A program made the translations under genes and the position numbers. Of a stretch of 64,000 nucleotides of DNA, positions 30,281 to 41,270 are shown piece after piece. Where the stretch lies: contig JALSLX010000001.1 in assembly GCA_026988095.1 (NCBI GenBank), positions 2,480 to 66,479 of the forward strand, given 5' to 3'. Source of the DNA: Thiotrichaceae bacterium. Its GTDB lineage: Bacteria > Pseudomonadota > Gammaproteobacteria > Thiotrichales > Thiotrichaceae. Position 1 is the first letter of the stretch, and each line of letters starts with the position of its first letter. The notes below the pieces were generated by a model. The model ran no database searches. It was not told the origin of the DNA and was given only the letters and a program-made list of their open reading frames with translations.

Positions 30281-31651
30281 ATGAGTTTTGACTCACTCGG
30301 GCTATCAGCCCCTTTATTAAAAGCCATTAAAAAACAAGGTTACGATAAACCTTCACCTATTCAAGAACAGGCAATCCCTGCTGTCTTAAAAGGTCGAGAC
30401 GTAATGGCAGCGGCGCAAACCGGCACAGGTAAAACAGCTGGCTTCACACTACCTATTTTAGAAATATTATCGACAGGCGCAAAAGTCAAACCAGGTCAAG
30501 CGCGTGTTTTGATTTTAACGCCAACACGAGAGCTTGCCGCTCAAATTGAAGCAAGCGTGGTGGCGTACGGGAAGTTCCTACCTATCACTTCAACTGTGGT
30601 TTTTGGTGGTGTAAAAATCAACCCGCAGATTAATCGTTTGCGTAAAGGTGTTGATATTTTAGTAGCAACGCCAGGGAGATTACTTGATCTGCACAATCAA
30701 AATGCGATTCGTTTTGACCAACTTGAAATGCTAGTGCTTGATGAAGCCGACCGTATGCTAGATATGGGCTTCATCCACGATATTCGTAAAATATTAGCAA
30801 CCTTACCCAAACGCAGACAAAATCTGATGTTCTCAGCGACCTTTTCGCAAGATATCAGAAAACTTGCAAAATCTTTGGTAAATGACCCTGTTGAAATTTC
30901 AGTTAGCCCGCGTAACACAACAGTTGAAACTGTTAAACAGTGGATTCATCCCGTTGATAAAGCTAAAAAATCAGAACTTCTTTCGCATTTAATTATTGAG
31001 AATAACTGGTTTCAAGTTTTAGTATTTAGTCGTACCAAACATGGTGCAAACCGCCTTGCTAAACAGCTAGAAACGCGTGGTATTCCTTCAATCGCGATAC
31101 ACGGCAACAAAAGCCAAGCAGCGCGCACACGTGCTTTAGCTGACTTTAAAAAAGGCAAAGTGCAAGTCATGGTCGCAACAGATATTGCTGCACGTGGTAT
31201 TGATATTGATCTTCTTCCACAGGTAGTTAACTTTGATTTACCTAATGTGCCTGAGGATTATGTTCATAGAATCGGGCGTACAGGACGTGCCGGCAGTAAA
31301 GGGCAAGCCGTATCATTAGTGAGTGCTGATGAATTTAAGCAATTACGTGACATTGAAAACCTGATCAAGCAACAACTCGATCGTATTTTGGTAGATGGCT
31401 TTGAGCCTCATCACGATGTGCCTGCTTCAAACTCAAACGTTAAATCAAGCAAGCAAAATAAACCACGGAATAACTCACAAAATAGAACTAGCCGTAGTGA
31501 TAACACCAAAAAGAGCTCATACAAGCAACGCTCAAAAGAGAATCATCAAAACCAAAGACGAAAGAAAAAGAACACTTCAGGCAATAAAAATTCGCAAGGT
31601 GGTAATCAATCACCGCGCAGAGGTGGAAACTCAAACAATGGGAATAGATAA
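30281..31651 (+). CDS. rhlE: DEAD-box RNA helicase RhlE-like
   Basis: [31 protein letters not shown]; basic Asn/Ser/Arg tail. ATG at 30281. Confidence 0.9.
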   Translation: MSFDSLGLSAPLLKAIKKQGYDKPSPIQEQAIPAVLKGRDVMAAAQTGTGKTAGFTLPILEILSTGAKVKPGQARVLILTPTRELAAQIEASVVAYGKFLPITSTVVFGGVKINPQINRLRKGVDILVATPGRLLDLHNQNAIRFDQLEMLVLDEADRMLDMGFIHDIRKILATLPKRRQNLMFSATFSQDIRKLAKSLVNDPVEISVSPRNTTVETVKQWIHPVDKAKKSELLSHLIIENNWFQVLVFSRTKHGANRLAKQLETRGIPSIAIHGNKSQAARTRALADFKKGKVQVMVATDIAARGIDIDLLPQVVNFDLPNVPEDYVHRIGRTGRAGSKGQAVSLVSADEFKQLRDIENLIKQQLDRILVDGFEPHHDVPASNSNVKSSKQNKPRNNSQNRTSRSDNTKKSSYKQRSKENHQNQRRKKKNTSGNKNSQGGNQSPRRGGNSNNGNR

Positions 31652-31664
31652 GAACTAAGTAAAT

Positions 31665-31723
31665 ATCCATGGCTGCACAAAGTGCCATACTGACAAATGG
31701 ATTCCCGCCTACGCGAGAATGAC
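31665..31723. repeat. Family-2 element, truncated copy (one unit plus spacer)
   Basis: ATGGATTCCCGCCTACGCGAGAATGAC at 31697; the preceding ATCCATGGCTGCACAAAGTGCCAT matches the reverse-complemented spacer of the 25403 copy. Confidence 0.8.
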
Positions 31724-31729
31724 AACAGT

Positions 31730-32392
31730 TTATGGAAGTTTTGTGATCAACCCAGTATTTTTCACATTTAGCTTTCTAACTAAATCACAACTGATAACAG
31801 AGATGAATTTGTTATAAGTATTTTGGTTTTGCTTACTCAACTTATCTAAGTCTTTGTGAGTCCAATAAGCATATTTCACCGCCTCCGTAGCTATCACATC
31901 TGCGGAGGCGGTGTTATTACTCATAAAACTCATCTCACCGACAAAGTCACCAGCATTAAGTCTTGCAATTTTCTTGCCTGACTTTACAACATCTACAGTT
32001 CCTTCTAATAAAATAAATAGCTTATCAGTCACTTCTCCTTCACCAATTAACTTCTCCCCTTTGACTGTTTTAAAATGATTAACAGTAATGGTTTTTTTGA
32101 ATTCACGTGTAGACATCATTGAAAAATACTGATGATAAATTTCTTTCGTTTCTTCAGGTAAAGTAATAGTGCTTTTATCTAAAAACAACATCACAACATG
32201 GTATAAATTAATCACCAGGTAAGCTGTATTCCACCCTACCATTGATGTTACACCTAACTGTATCCCTGAAAAAATATAAACAAAGGATGCCAATACTAAA
32301 AATATTCTTAACCACAATATATTGCTTAATAGATAAGCAGAGAGGCTAAATATTGCCGCTATACTGTAAAAAAACTCACCCGATAATAACAT
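31730..32392 (-). CDS. Popeye-domain membrane protein with cyclic-nucleotide-binding fold
   Basis: LSNILWLR...GWN...INLYH TM block; MSTREFKK; GDFVGEMSFM...ASADVIA. ATG at 32392 has an AAGGG SD (track starts at 32452). Confidence 0.8.
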   Translation of the reverse strand: MLLSGEFFYSIAAIFSLSAYLLSNILWLRIFLVLASFVYIFSGIQLGVTSMVGWNTAYLVINLYHVVMLFLDKSTITLPEETKEIYHQYFSMMSTREFKKTITVNHFKTVKGEKLIGEGEVTDKLFILLEGTVDVVKSGKKIARLNAGDFVGEMSFMSNNTASADVIATEAVKYAYWTHKDLDKLSKQNQNTYNKFISVISCDLVRKLNVKNTGLITKLP

Positions 32393-32552
32393 AATCCCTT
32401 CATTGATTACTGACGTGGCATGTATAGTAGTACCAATCACTACATTCGACATATTTAATAAAATACTCTATACATACTAATAGAGATCTTTAATTCAAGC
32501 GACATTTCAGCATAAAAGAAAGCTCATATTACACAAACAATAGGAGTCACTC

Positions 32553-32981
32553 ATGAAAACAATCAAAGATGTTATCAATAGTAAAGGTAGTAACGTAGCG
32601 AGCACTTCCCCAAAAACAGATGCAAAAGATGCAATTAAACTTATGGCAGAAAGTGGTATCAGCTCTCTTTTAATAATGGATGAGAAAAAAGTTATTGGTA
32701 TATTCTCTGACAAAGACTTTTCATGCAAAATTGTAGCTAAAGATCGTTTATCTGAAAATATTCCTGTTTCTGACGTGATGACCACACCTGTTTGCGCAAT
32801 TCGTCCCGAACAAAGCATTGATGATGCGATGTCGATTATGACTGAAAAACGTATCCGCCACTTACCTGTAATGAATGGAGAGGAGTTAATTGGTCTTGTT
32901 TCCATCGGCGACCTTGTAAAGGCCATGATCAAAGAACAAAAAGATACCATCGAACAACTTGAACACTACATCCATTATTAA
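32553..32981 (+). CDS. Stand-alone CBS-pair protein
   Basis: VSDVMTTPV, MTEKRIRHLPV, LVSIGDLVK. Confidence 0.93.
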   Translation: MKTIKDVINSKGSNVASTSPKTDAKDAIKLMAESGISSLLIMDEKKVIGIFSDKDFSCKIVAKDRLSENIPVSDVMTTPVCAIRPEQSIDDAMSIMTEKRIRHLPVMNGEELIGLVSIGDLVKAMIKEQKDTIEQLEHYIHY

Positions 32982-33046
32982 ATTAATAATGGCTATATAT
33001 TTTAAGAAAAATGCTTAATTTAACTAAATATTAAGATAAATAATCT

Positions 33047-33076
33047 ACCACCCCCCCTGTTTTTCGGGGTTTTGTA
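33047..33076 (+). repeat. Family-1 solo arm upstream of TraB/GumN gene
   Basis: ACCACCCCCCCTGTTTTTCGGGGTTTTGTA. Confidence 0.88.
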
Positions 33077-33117
33077 GGATAAACTAGGGCTATTATATCA
33101 ATAAAAAAGAATAGAAT

Positions 33118-33984
33118 ATGAAAAAAATAATACTAACAGCCCTCATTACTTCGCTCTTAATAATTGCGCTTCCCGCTTCAGCTAATTCTCCGTTGTGGAA
33201 AGTATCCAAAGATGGTGACCACCTATTTATTGGTGGCACTATTCACATGCTGGGTAAAAATGACTACCCCTTACCCCCAAAATTTGAAAGTATTTATAAT
33301 CAATCAGAACAACTCGTCTTTGAAACAGACATAACAAAATTACAGCTACCAGAAACACAGTTAAAGATGGTTCAACTTATGAGCTATCAAGATGGTTCAA
33401 CTCTAAAAGACCATCTAAGCCCAAAAACATACCAAGCACTGACAGATTTTTCAGACGGTTCTGGCCTGCCAATGATGGTGATTGAACGATTTAAACCTGG
33501 AATGGCCTCAACTATGATCACCATGATTGAGCTTAAAAAGTTAGGGGTTGATGCTGAAGGCGTTGATAGTTTTTATAATAGTAAAGCTAATCAAGATTCC
33601 AAGAAAATAGGGAAACTTGAATCAGTTGATCAACAAATGAGCTTTCTCGCAACACTCGGTGAAAAAAACCCTGATGAATTTATCAGCTATACCCTACATG
33701 ATATGAAGCAACTACCAGAAATTTTCAACGAGATGAAAAGGGCTTGGAGAACTGGAGATATTAAAAAACTTGATAAAATCGGTATCGCTCCTATGAAGAA
33801 GGATTTTCCCGATACTTACCAAAACCTTATCGTAAAACGCAACAAAGCATGGATTCCACAAATTGAGGCAATGATAAAAACCAGAGAAATCGAAATGATA
33901 TTAGTCGGGATTTTACATTTATCTGGAGATGATAGCGTGCTTAGCCAGTTAAAAACTTTAGGTTATAGCGTTGAACAATATTAA
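33118..33984 (+). CDS. TraB/GumN (TIKI-like metalloprotease) family protein
   Basis: Signal peptide; LFIGGTIHML, RNKAW, VGILHL. Confidence 0.88.
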   Translation: MKKIILTALITSLLIIALPASANSPLWKVSKDGDHLFIGGTIHMLGKNDYPLPPKFESIYNQSEQLVFETDITKLQLPETQLKMVQLMSYQDGSTLKDHLSPKTYQALTDFSDGSGLPMMVIERFKPGMASTMITMIELKKLGVDAEGVDSFYNSKANQDSKKIGKLESVDQQMSFLATLGEKNPDEFISYTLHDMKQLPEIFNEMKRAWRTGDIKKLDKIGIAPMKKDFPDTYQNLIVKRNKAWIPQIEAMIKTREIEMILVGILHLSGDDSVLSQLKTLGYSVEQY

Positions 33985-34208
33985 GAGGAGACTTTTTTCC
34001 TATTAACATCACGTTGGTAGGTCATACCAGCACCTTAAAGAACATTCTCCAGAAGTGGCAATCCTGAAAAATAGCCCCCATTAACCAAATAAAAAAATAC
34101 TTATGATTTTAAAATAAACAAGCCAGCATATAATTTCTTGATCTATCTTCGTCTTGTAATTATAAAGAGCTGGCACTACTAAATTTTATTCATAAACAGG
34201 GAAATACA

Positions 34209-34505
34209 GTGGAAAATTCTAAACAAGATAGTAGTAGAGTTTCAACAACAAGCTTAAGCTGGTCTGCACGAATTTTCTTCTCACTATTTTCCGCCTCAGG
34301 TATTGGGCTTATGCTTGGCATGCTCATGTCCATGGATGTAAACGGCGTAGATGGCGAAAGTGGTTATGCCGCTCTCGTTTATATTCCAACCATGATGTTT
34401 TTCACATTCTTAGCACTTATTTTTATCACCAACAAACGAGCGCACATCGTGTTAGCTATAATTTCTGCACTGATATGGATCATTGGAATGGTAAATGGCA
34501 TTTAA
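34209..34505 (+). CDS. Hypothetical 3-TM membrane protein
   Basis: GTG start with AGGGA SD; three hydrophobic segments. Confidence 0.6.
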   Translation: MENSKQDSSRVSTTSLSWSARIFFSLFSASGIGLMLGMLMSMDVNGVDGESGYAALVYIPTMMFFTFLALIFITNKRAHIVLAIISALIWIIGMVNGI

Positions 34506-34632
34506 GTTAAATCACCCTATTAATTTCAAAATGAGAAATACATCACAGAATAACTAAATTGATTTCTATATAGTTTCTTACATGGCAAGGACAGAGCCTA
34601 TCTAATTTAACTAAAAAGAAAAGGAAATCAAA

Positions 34633-34791
34633 ATGACAAACGAAAGCTTACAAATCAGCAGCGAAGAATTACTAGAACTTAAAAAAGAGAATCCATTAGA
34701 AATTGCTGTTATTTTAGAAATGCTCGCAGAGTCAGGAGAAGACTACTACGCAGAAATGGAAGAGTTAGAGCACCCACGCCGTGCTGCCTAA
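34633..34791 (+). CDS. Small acidic hypothetical protein (52 aa), below track cutoff
   Basis: AAGGA SD; MTNESLQISSEELLELKKENPLEIAVILEMLAESGEDYYAEMEELEHPRRAA; followed by a hairpin at 34816-34847. Confidence 0.6.
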   Translation: MTNESLQISSEELLELKKENPLEIAVILEMLAESGEDYYAEMEELEHPRRAA

Positions 34792-34815
34792 GGAAAGGCT
34801 GAATAACACTACCTA

Positions 34816-34847
34816 TAATTTTGCTTCTCAATTGAGGAGTAAAATTA
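34816..34847. terminator. Terminator-like palindrome
   Basis: TAATTTTGCTTCTCAATTGAGGAGTAAAATTA; both mismatches are G-U compatible. Confidence 0.5.
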
Positions 34848-34947
34848 TTTATTCTCTTAAAGTTACTCTGTCCTCTTAAAAAAATACACTCCCCCATTTC
34901 TATACCGTTTTGTGTTATTTTCTTACTTTTTTCAATAAGAAACTATC

Positions 34948-35367
34948 ATGACAAGTAAACCTTTTGACCTCAATAACCCCTGTATATTTTGCAATCCAAA
35001 AGATGAAGAAATTCTTGCGGAAAATGAACTCGCGTTATTGATAACTGATAACTCACCCGTTAGCAATGGGCATTGCCTTATCATCCCAAAACGTCACGTG
35101 AAAACACATTTTGACATCACAGCGGACGAGCATATTGCCTTTGCAAATCTCATGGAAAAAGCCAAAGAACTAATACACCAACAAGGTCATAATCCCGATG
35201 GTTATAACATTGGAAGTAATAATGGCGTGGCTGCAGGGCAAAGTGTTTTTCACCTTCATGTTCATATCATTCCTCGCTACACAGGAGATACAGAATTACC
35301 AAAAGGTGGAATTCGCCAAGTATTACCTAAAAAAGCACAATATAATTTAGGTGATAGAAAGACATAA
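34948..35367 (+). CDS. HIT family hydrolase
   Basis: CIFC, GHCLIIPKRH, GQSVFHLHVHIIPR. Confidence 0.93.
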   Translation: MTSKPFDLNNPCIFCNPKDEEILAENELALLITDNSPVSNGHCLIIPKRHVKTHFDITADEHIAFANLMEKAKELIHQQGHNPDGYNIGSNNGVAAGQSVFHLHVHIIPRYTGDTELPKGGIRQVLPKKAQYNLGDRKT

Positions 35368-35403
35368 GCTATCAACTTATAATGGGGCAATCGTTCTATG
35401 CTA

Positions 35404-36171
35404 TTATCTTAAGCTGTCACAAGCGGGTTTAACTATCTTACAGACATCTTCTGTAACCGTAGTTAGCCCAAGAGTGACCCAGCCCTGCATACCATCTCTG
35501 TAATACTTTATTTTCTCAGCGGGGTAACCAACATCTAGCAAAGCTTTTATGCTTTCTGATGTTTGTCCACACCATGTTCCATTGCAAAAAAGAACTAACG
35601 TTTTTGCATTAGAATAATCCAAAACATCCGTTATTCTATTATCAGCAAGTGCCTCATTAACATCATCTTGATTCTTTCCGTCAATAATTTTTACGGAGAA
35701 CCTCTGAATTAAAATGCCTAAAGTACTTTTTAATGTAGCACCTTCGCTTCTCACTAATGATGTCCATGGAATATGAATGGATCCGGGTATTGTTCCTTTA
35801 CTTACCCAATTTGTTAAACGTGAGTCCACTACAAGCACTGAACCAGTACTAGTTTGTTGGAGGTATTCAAGTACCTCAAGCTCACCAATAGTTTCAACAT
35901 TAGGCGCTGCCAACATAGGTTGAACACAAAAAGGAGGGCAAGGTCGTGAGGTTTTATTAAAAAGAGAAGGGATTACCGCATCCTTTTTCTGCTCACGCAT
36001 AATCACAATACGCTCTCCTTTATGAATCACTGAAATACTATCAATACTTGATGTTATTCCAACTGCTTTTGGAGACTCATTAGAAACAATACATAAGGAT
36101 TGTGGCTCAGATGAACCTGTAGCAATTTTTCTTATTAACCGTGTAAAAACCATTTTTATTCCATTATCCAA
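35404..36171 (-). CDS. Rhodanese-like sulfurtransferase
   Basis: RPCPPFC, VVDSR, GTIPGSIHIPW, FCNGTWCGQ, YYRDGMQGW. Confidence 0.88.
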   Translation of the reverse strand: MDNGIKMVFTRLIRKIATGSSEPQSLCIVSNESPKAVGITSSIDSISVIHKGERIVIMREQKKDAVIPSLFNKTSRPCPPFCVQPMLAAPNVETIGELEVLEYLQQTSTGSVLVVDSRLTNWVSKGTIPGSIHIPWTSLVRSEGATLKSTLGILIQRFSVKIIDGKNQDDVNEALADNRITDVLDYSNAKTLVLFCNGTWCGQTSESIKALLDVGYPAEKIKYYRDGMQGWVTLGLTTVTEDVCKIVKPACDSLR

Positions 36172-36404
36172 TAAAGCTATTTTAGTGCCAATAAGTCTTT
36201 AAAAGTTCACATCAGATTAAGGCATTTCTGACAAAATAATTGATAGGAAAATAATTTCCCCATTAAACAAAACATAGCGAGTAAGTTATTACTTAAGTTC
36301 AAATTTCTTTTGTTGACCCTCTGTTTTTATTGGGCGAATATAGACTCAATTAACTAAGCAATAATTGCATAGGGTCCCTATCGCAATACAATTTAAAGGA
36401 AATA

Positions 36405-37166
36405 ATGAGTAACTATATAGCCTATGTAATTAATCTTGATTATGCAAAAGACAGAAGAAAGTATATGCAAGAACAACTTGAAAAGGCGGATATTTCTTTT
36501 GAGTTTGTAGATGGCGTTATCGGAAAAAATTTGAAACTTCCGCACCCTGATTATGACAAGAGAAAGTATCGTTTAGCACATGGGAAACGTACCAGCATGG
36601 GCGAACTAGGTTGCTATTTCAGCCATATAAAAGTACTAAAACTGTTTTTAAAAACGGATAAAGATCACGCACTGATTATGGAAGATGACATCGAGTTTGC
36701 TGATAACTTTAAACAAATCCTAGAAGAAGCTTTAGCTTACGATAATCATTTTGATTTTTTAAAGTTATGCGATATTCATAGGGGAAAAAAACTGCCTGTT
36801 TTAACTTTACCTTCAAAATATCAACTTTCCGTTAACTTCGTTCGACAAACAGGGGCAGGTGGATATCTTGTTAATCGTAAAGCAGCAGAAATGATGATTG
36901 AAAAGCTCTTACCTATGTGGCTTCCCTACGACCATGCCTTTGATAGAGAGTGGGGTTTTGACGTAGTGACTCTATCTATTAATCCAAACATAATTTTTCA
37001 ATCTCAACTTTTTGAGACTCAGATAGATGTGAAAAGTAAAAAATATCCTTTCCTACGCCGCTATTCGACGGTATTTCCTTATCGGTTATATAACGAGACT
37101 TTTAGACTATTGTTTCGTAGCAAAGCCTATTTACATCAATACTTTCTAAAACAGAATAAGCAATAA
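36405..37166 (+). CDS. Glycosyltransferase family 25 (LPS/LOS)
   Basis: YVINLD, GELGCYFSH, LIMEDD, GAGGYLVN. Confidence 0.9.
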   Translation: MSNYIAYVINLDYAKDRRKYMQEQLEKADISFEFVDGVIGKNLKLPHPDYDKRKYRLAHGKRTSMGELGCYFSHIKVLKLFLKTDKDHALIMEDDIEFADNFKQILEEALAYDNHFDFLKLCDIHRGKKLPVLTLPSKYQLSVNFVRQTGAGGYLVNRKAAEMMIEKLLPMWLPYDHAFDREWGFDVVTLSINPNIIFQSQLFETQIDVKSKKYPFLRRYSTVFPYRLYNETFRLLFRSKAYLHQYFLKQNKQ

Positions 37167-37342
37167 CCCAACAAAGGCTCATCTGCATGGTTTGCTTTTA
37201 AAGGCATCCACAACTGACCTAAGTTTTGAATCTTCACTTTCTAATAAAAAAAATTATCTTTTCCACTATTGGTCTACGATTATATTCAAATCGTTAAAGA
37301 TACATCAACTGCCATTTTTAAACCTCTTCATATATTTCAAAT

Positions 37343-37373
37343 AAAAAAAGGGACGCAAAATGCGTCCCTTTTT
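37343..37373. terminator. Bidirectional intrinsic terminator (groEL / GT25)
   Basis: AAAAAAAGGGACGCA-AAA-TGCGTCCCTTTTT. Confidence 0.85.
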
Positions 37374-37401
37374 CTGAATAAAACTAAATGTATCCGACAA
37401 A

Positions 37402-37528
37402 TATTTGAAGCAGGATTTTTGTTCAATATCAAGGCGGGCATTTGGCTACAAGACCGAAGCGTACTCTAGTACGTGAGGGTTTGTAGTCAAATGCCCAACG
37501 CCGAGATTGGACAAAAAGACTATTCAAA

Positions 37529-37531
<3 letters not shown>
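37402..37531. repeat. Family-4 ERIC-like ~130-bp palindromic element abutting the groEL stop codon
   Basis: Nested stems TTTTGTTCAAT/ATTGGACAAAA, GGGCATTTGGCTACAA/TTGTAGTCAAATGCCC, GTAC-TCTA-GTAC; CAAGGCG and CAACGC bulge motifs. Confidence 0.7.
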
Positions 37532-39181
<1,650 letters not shown>

Positions 39182-39208
39182 CTAAATTTTGTTTTATAAA
39201 ATGAAAGA

Positions 39209-39502
39209 CTAAACTTCTAGTACAGCTAGAATATCTTCTTCTTTCATCATTAATAATTCTTCGCCGTCAATTTTAACTGCAGTACCTGCGTATTGACCGA
39301 ATAGTATGCTGTCACCAACTTTTACATCCATTGTTCTAACGTCACCAGAATCTGTAATTCTGCCGTTACCTGCGGCGATGATCTCACCGTTGTTTGGCTT
39401 TTCTGTATTTGCGCTATCAGGAATGATGATTCCGCCTGCGCTTGTTTTCTCTTCTTCTGTTGGGCGTACTAAAACACGGTCGTGTAAAGGACGAATATTC
39501 AT
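39209..39502 (-). CDS. groES: Co-chaperonin GroES
   Basis: [28 protein letters not shown]. Confidence 0.99.
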   Translation of the reverse strand: MNIRPLHDRVLVRPTEEEKTSAGGIIIPDSANTEKPNNGEIIAAGNGRITDSGDVRTMDVKVGDSILFGQYAGTAVKIDGEELLMMKEEDILAVLEV

Positions 39503-39570
39503 GTGTTACTCCTTCTAATGTATACTTAATAATTAATTTACGTTTAATTTGGCTCGGTGAGAAGGACTTT

Positions 39571-39597
39571 TTAGCACTCTCACTCAGAGACTGCTAA
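39571..39597 (-). promoter_or_regulatory. CIRCE element (HrcA operator)
   Basis: Minus strand TTAGCAGTC-N9-GAGTGCTAA; one mismatch to TTAGCACTC-N9-GAGTGCTAA. Confidence 0.85.
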
Positions 39598-39625
39598 TGA
39601 TAGGGTTGAAAATTAGTATTTCAAG
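39598..39625 (-). promoter_or_regulatory. Sigma32 (RpoH) promoter of groESL
   Basis: Minus strand CTTGAAA-N13-CCCTATCA vs consensus CTTGAAA-N13/14-CCCCATNT. Confidence 0.75.
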
Positions 39626-39644
39626 TTTTTTTGTTTAGTTTTTT

Positions 39645-40175
39645 CTATTGCTTATTAGTGGGACTAATAACGGGAGTCTTATCTTCCACTTCGGTAAATT
39701 CACCTTCTACAATATTAGGGTCATGAGGTGCTTGCTGTCCTTCATTAGCATCATAAGAACCACCTCCAAAGCCACTAAACCCACTCATTTGTACATTTAC
39801 ACCCACTTTCATCTTATCTGCCGAGCGCTTCATGATATTTTTAGCGATAAATTTACGGCTGAATGGAAGCAAGCAAAGAAAACCCATAGTATCAGTCACA
39901 AAACCAGGAGTCATGAGTAGCGCCCCACCAACTGCGAGCAGTACACCTTCAATCATCTCTTGCGCGGGAATTTTCCCTTGCCCCATATTTTGTTGCAAAC
40001 GCGCTAATGTAGATAAGCCCTGTTGGCGCAATAAGCCTGCACCGATTACAGCGGTTAAAACCACTAGAATAATAGTTGGAAATGCTCCGATTAATCCGCC
40101 AACTTCTAAGAGCAAATATATTTCTACAATGGGGACAACTAAGAATAAAGCCGTGAAAATTGGGAATGAGCGCAT
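39645..40175 (-). CDS. fxsA: FxsA family membrane protein
   Basis: VPIVEIYLL, LLMTPGFVTD, VEGEF; conserved position upstream of groES. Confidence 0.93.
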   Translation of the reverse strand: MRSFPIFTALFLVVPIVEIYLLLEVGGLIGAFPTIILVVLTAVIGAGLLRQQGLSTLARLQQNMGQGKIPAQEMIEGVLLAVGGALLMTPGFVTDTMGFLCLLPFSRKFIAKNIMKRSADKMKVGVNVQMSGFSGFGGGSYDANEGQQAPHDPNIVEGEFTEVEDKTPVISPTNKQ

Positions 40176-40226
40176 TGCGTACTCCGAAAGTACAAAAAAA
40201 GGAAAGGAAGTGAAATAACTTATCCT

Positions 40227-41069
40227 TTAAGCATTGAGACGATCTACCAAAATATCAAGTAATAATGGGTGCTCGCCCACTAAGGGACTGATGCCAATTT
40301 TAAAGTTGGGATAACGTTGCATTACTGAATCACAAATTGTCACAATATCACCACCCTCACCTGCATGACGACCCGGTAATGAAAACAGTAAAGTAACTAT
40401 GGCGCTCGTTTTTCCACTAGTAACGCCCTGCTTGGCTTTTGCAATCAACCAATCTTCTAACAGCTCGCCATTAAAATCATACTGCTTTCCTTCTCGGCGC
40501 TCCATCACTGCTTGCTCGACAATATGCCCTAGCATCGCTTGTGCTTCTTCTGCCACGCCATTACGCACGGCTGTTATTTGTGGGCTAGGTGAACCATGAT
40601 CAACCAACACAATATTATTTAATGGCAACGAAAATGATTTAGCTGTTTGCTGGATATGATCCACGATGATCTCTGCCAACATTGTGTCACTGTTTAAAAT
40701 CGGATGAGGTGGTATATACAATGTATCGGTAATGACTAAATGAAATTTACCAAACTCCTCTTCTAACTCTGCCTGAACATCGGGAATAAATTTAGTCAAC
40801 GCACGGCTGTTGCCAAAAAATAACGGCAAAATTATAAAGCTCTTTTGTTCCTGTTTGAGTTGATCTCTTAAAAAGCCCTTTAATAGCGAAGCTTTAACAC
40901 CGCCTAATTTATCAGCAGGGATAACATCAGTATGCTGCAATGATACAGGATGAATTTTTTGTTGTGTACGCTCGCTCAACTGCTGTGCAATGCCTCTTAG
41001 TTGCAAAGTCGCACTTGCTTTGGTTGATCCGTTGTCTGCAAGTATATTTATGGGGTTAGATGTAGTCAT
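40227..41069 (-). CDS. CbiX/SirB-like sirohydrochlorin chelatase
   Basis: LADNGS, LPLFFG, LVDHGSP, PGRHAG; two-lobed CbiX architecture. Confidence 0.7.
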   Translation of the reverse strand: MTTSNPINILADNGSTKASATLQLRGIAQQLSERTQQKIHPVSLQHTDVIPADKLGGVKASLLKGFLRDQLKQEQKSFIILPLFFGNSRALTKFIPDVQAELEEEFGKFHLVITDTLYIPPHPILNSDTMLAEIIVDHIQQTAKSFSLPLNNIVLVDHGSPSPQITAVRNGVAEEAQAMLGHIVEQAVMERREGKQYDFNGELLEDWLIAKAKQGVTSGKTSAIVTLLFSLPGRHAGEGGDIVTICDSVMQRYPNFKIGISPLVGEHPLLLDILVDRLNA

Positions 41070-41097
41070 ATCGGCATTCTACTATCTATTTTTATAT

Positions 41098-41178
41098 ACT
41101 ACCCCCCCTCTTTTTCGATGATTTGTATTTTTCAGAGCCTTTTAAAAGTACAAAACGTCGAAAAACAGGGGGGGTGGG
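41098..41178. repeat. Family-1 element, doublet (21-bp spacer, non-identical arms)
   Basis: ACTACCCCCCCTCTTTTTCGATGATTTGTA-N21-TACAAAACGTCGAAAAACAGGGGGGGTGGG. Confidence 0.93.
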
Positions 41179-41270
41179 TATAAAAATACCTCTAAATACC
41201 ATCTGTATTTGCCCTTTTATCCCTGTTTTGCATCTTCATAGTTTGCTGTGCTTATGATACCGTCTCCACT

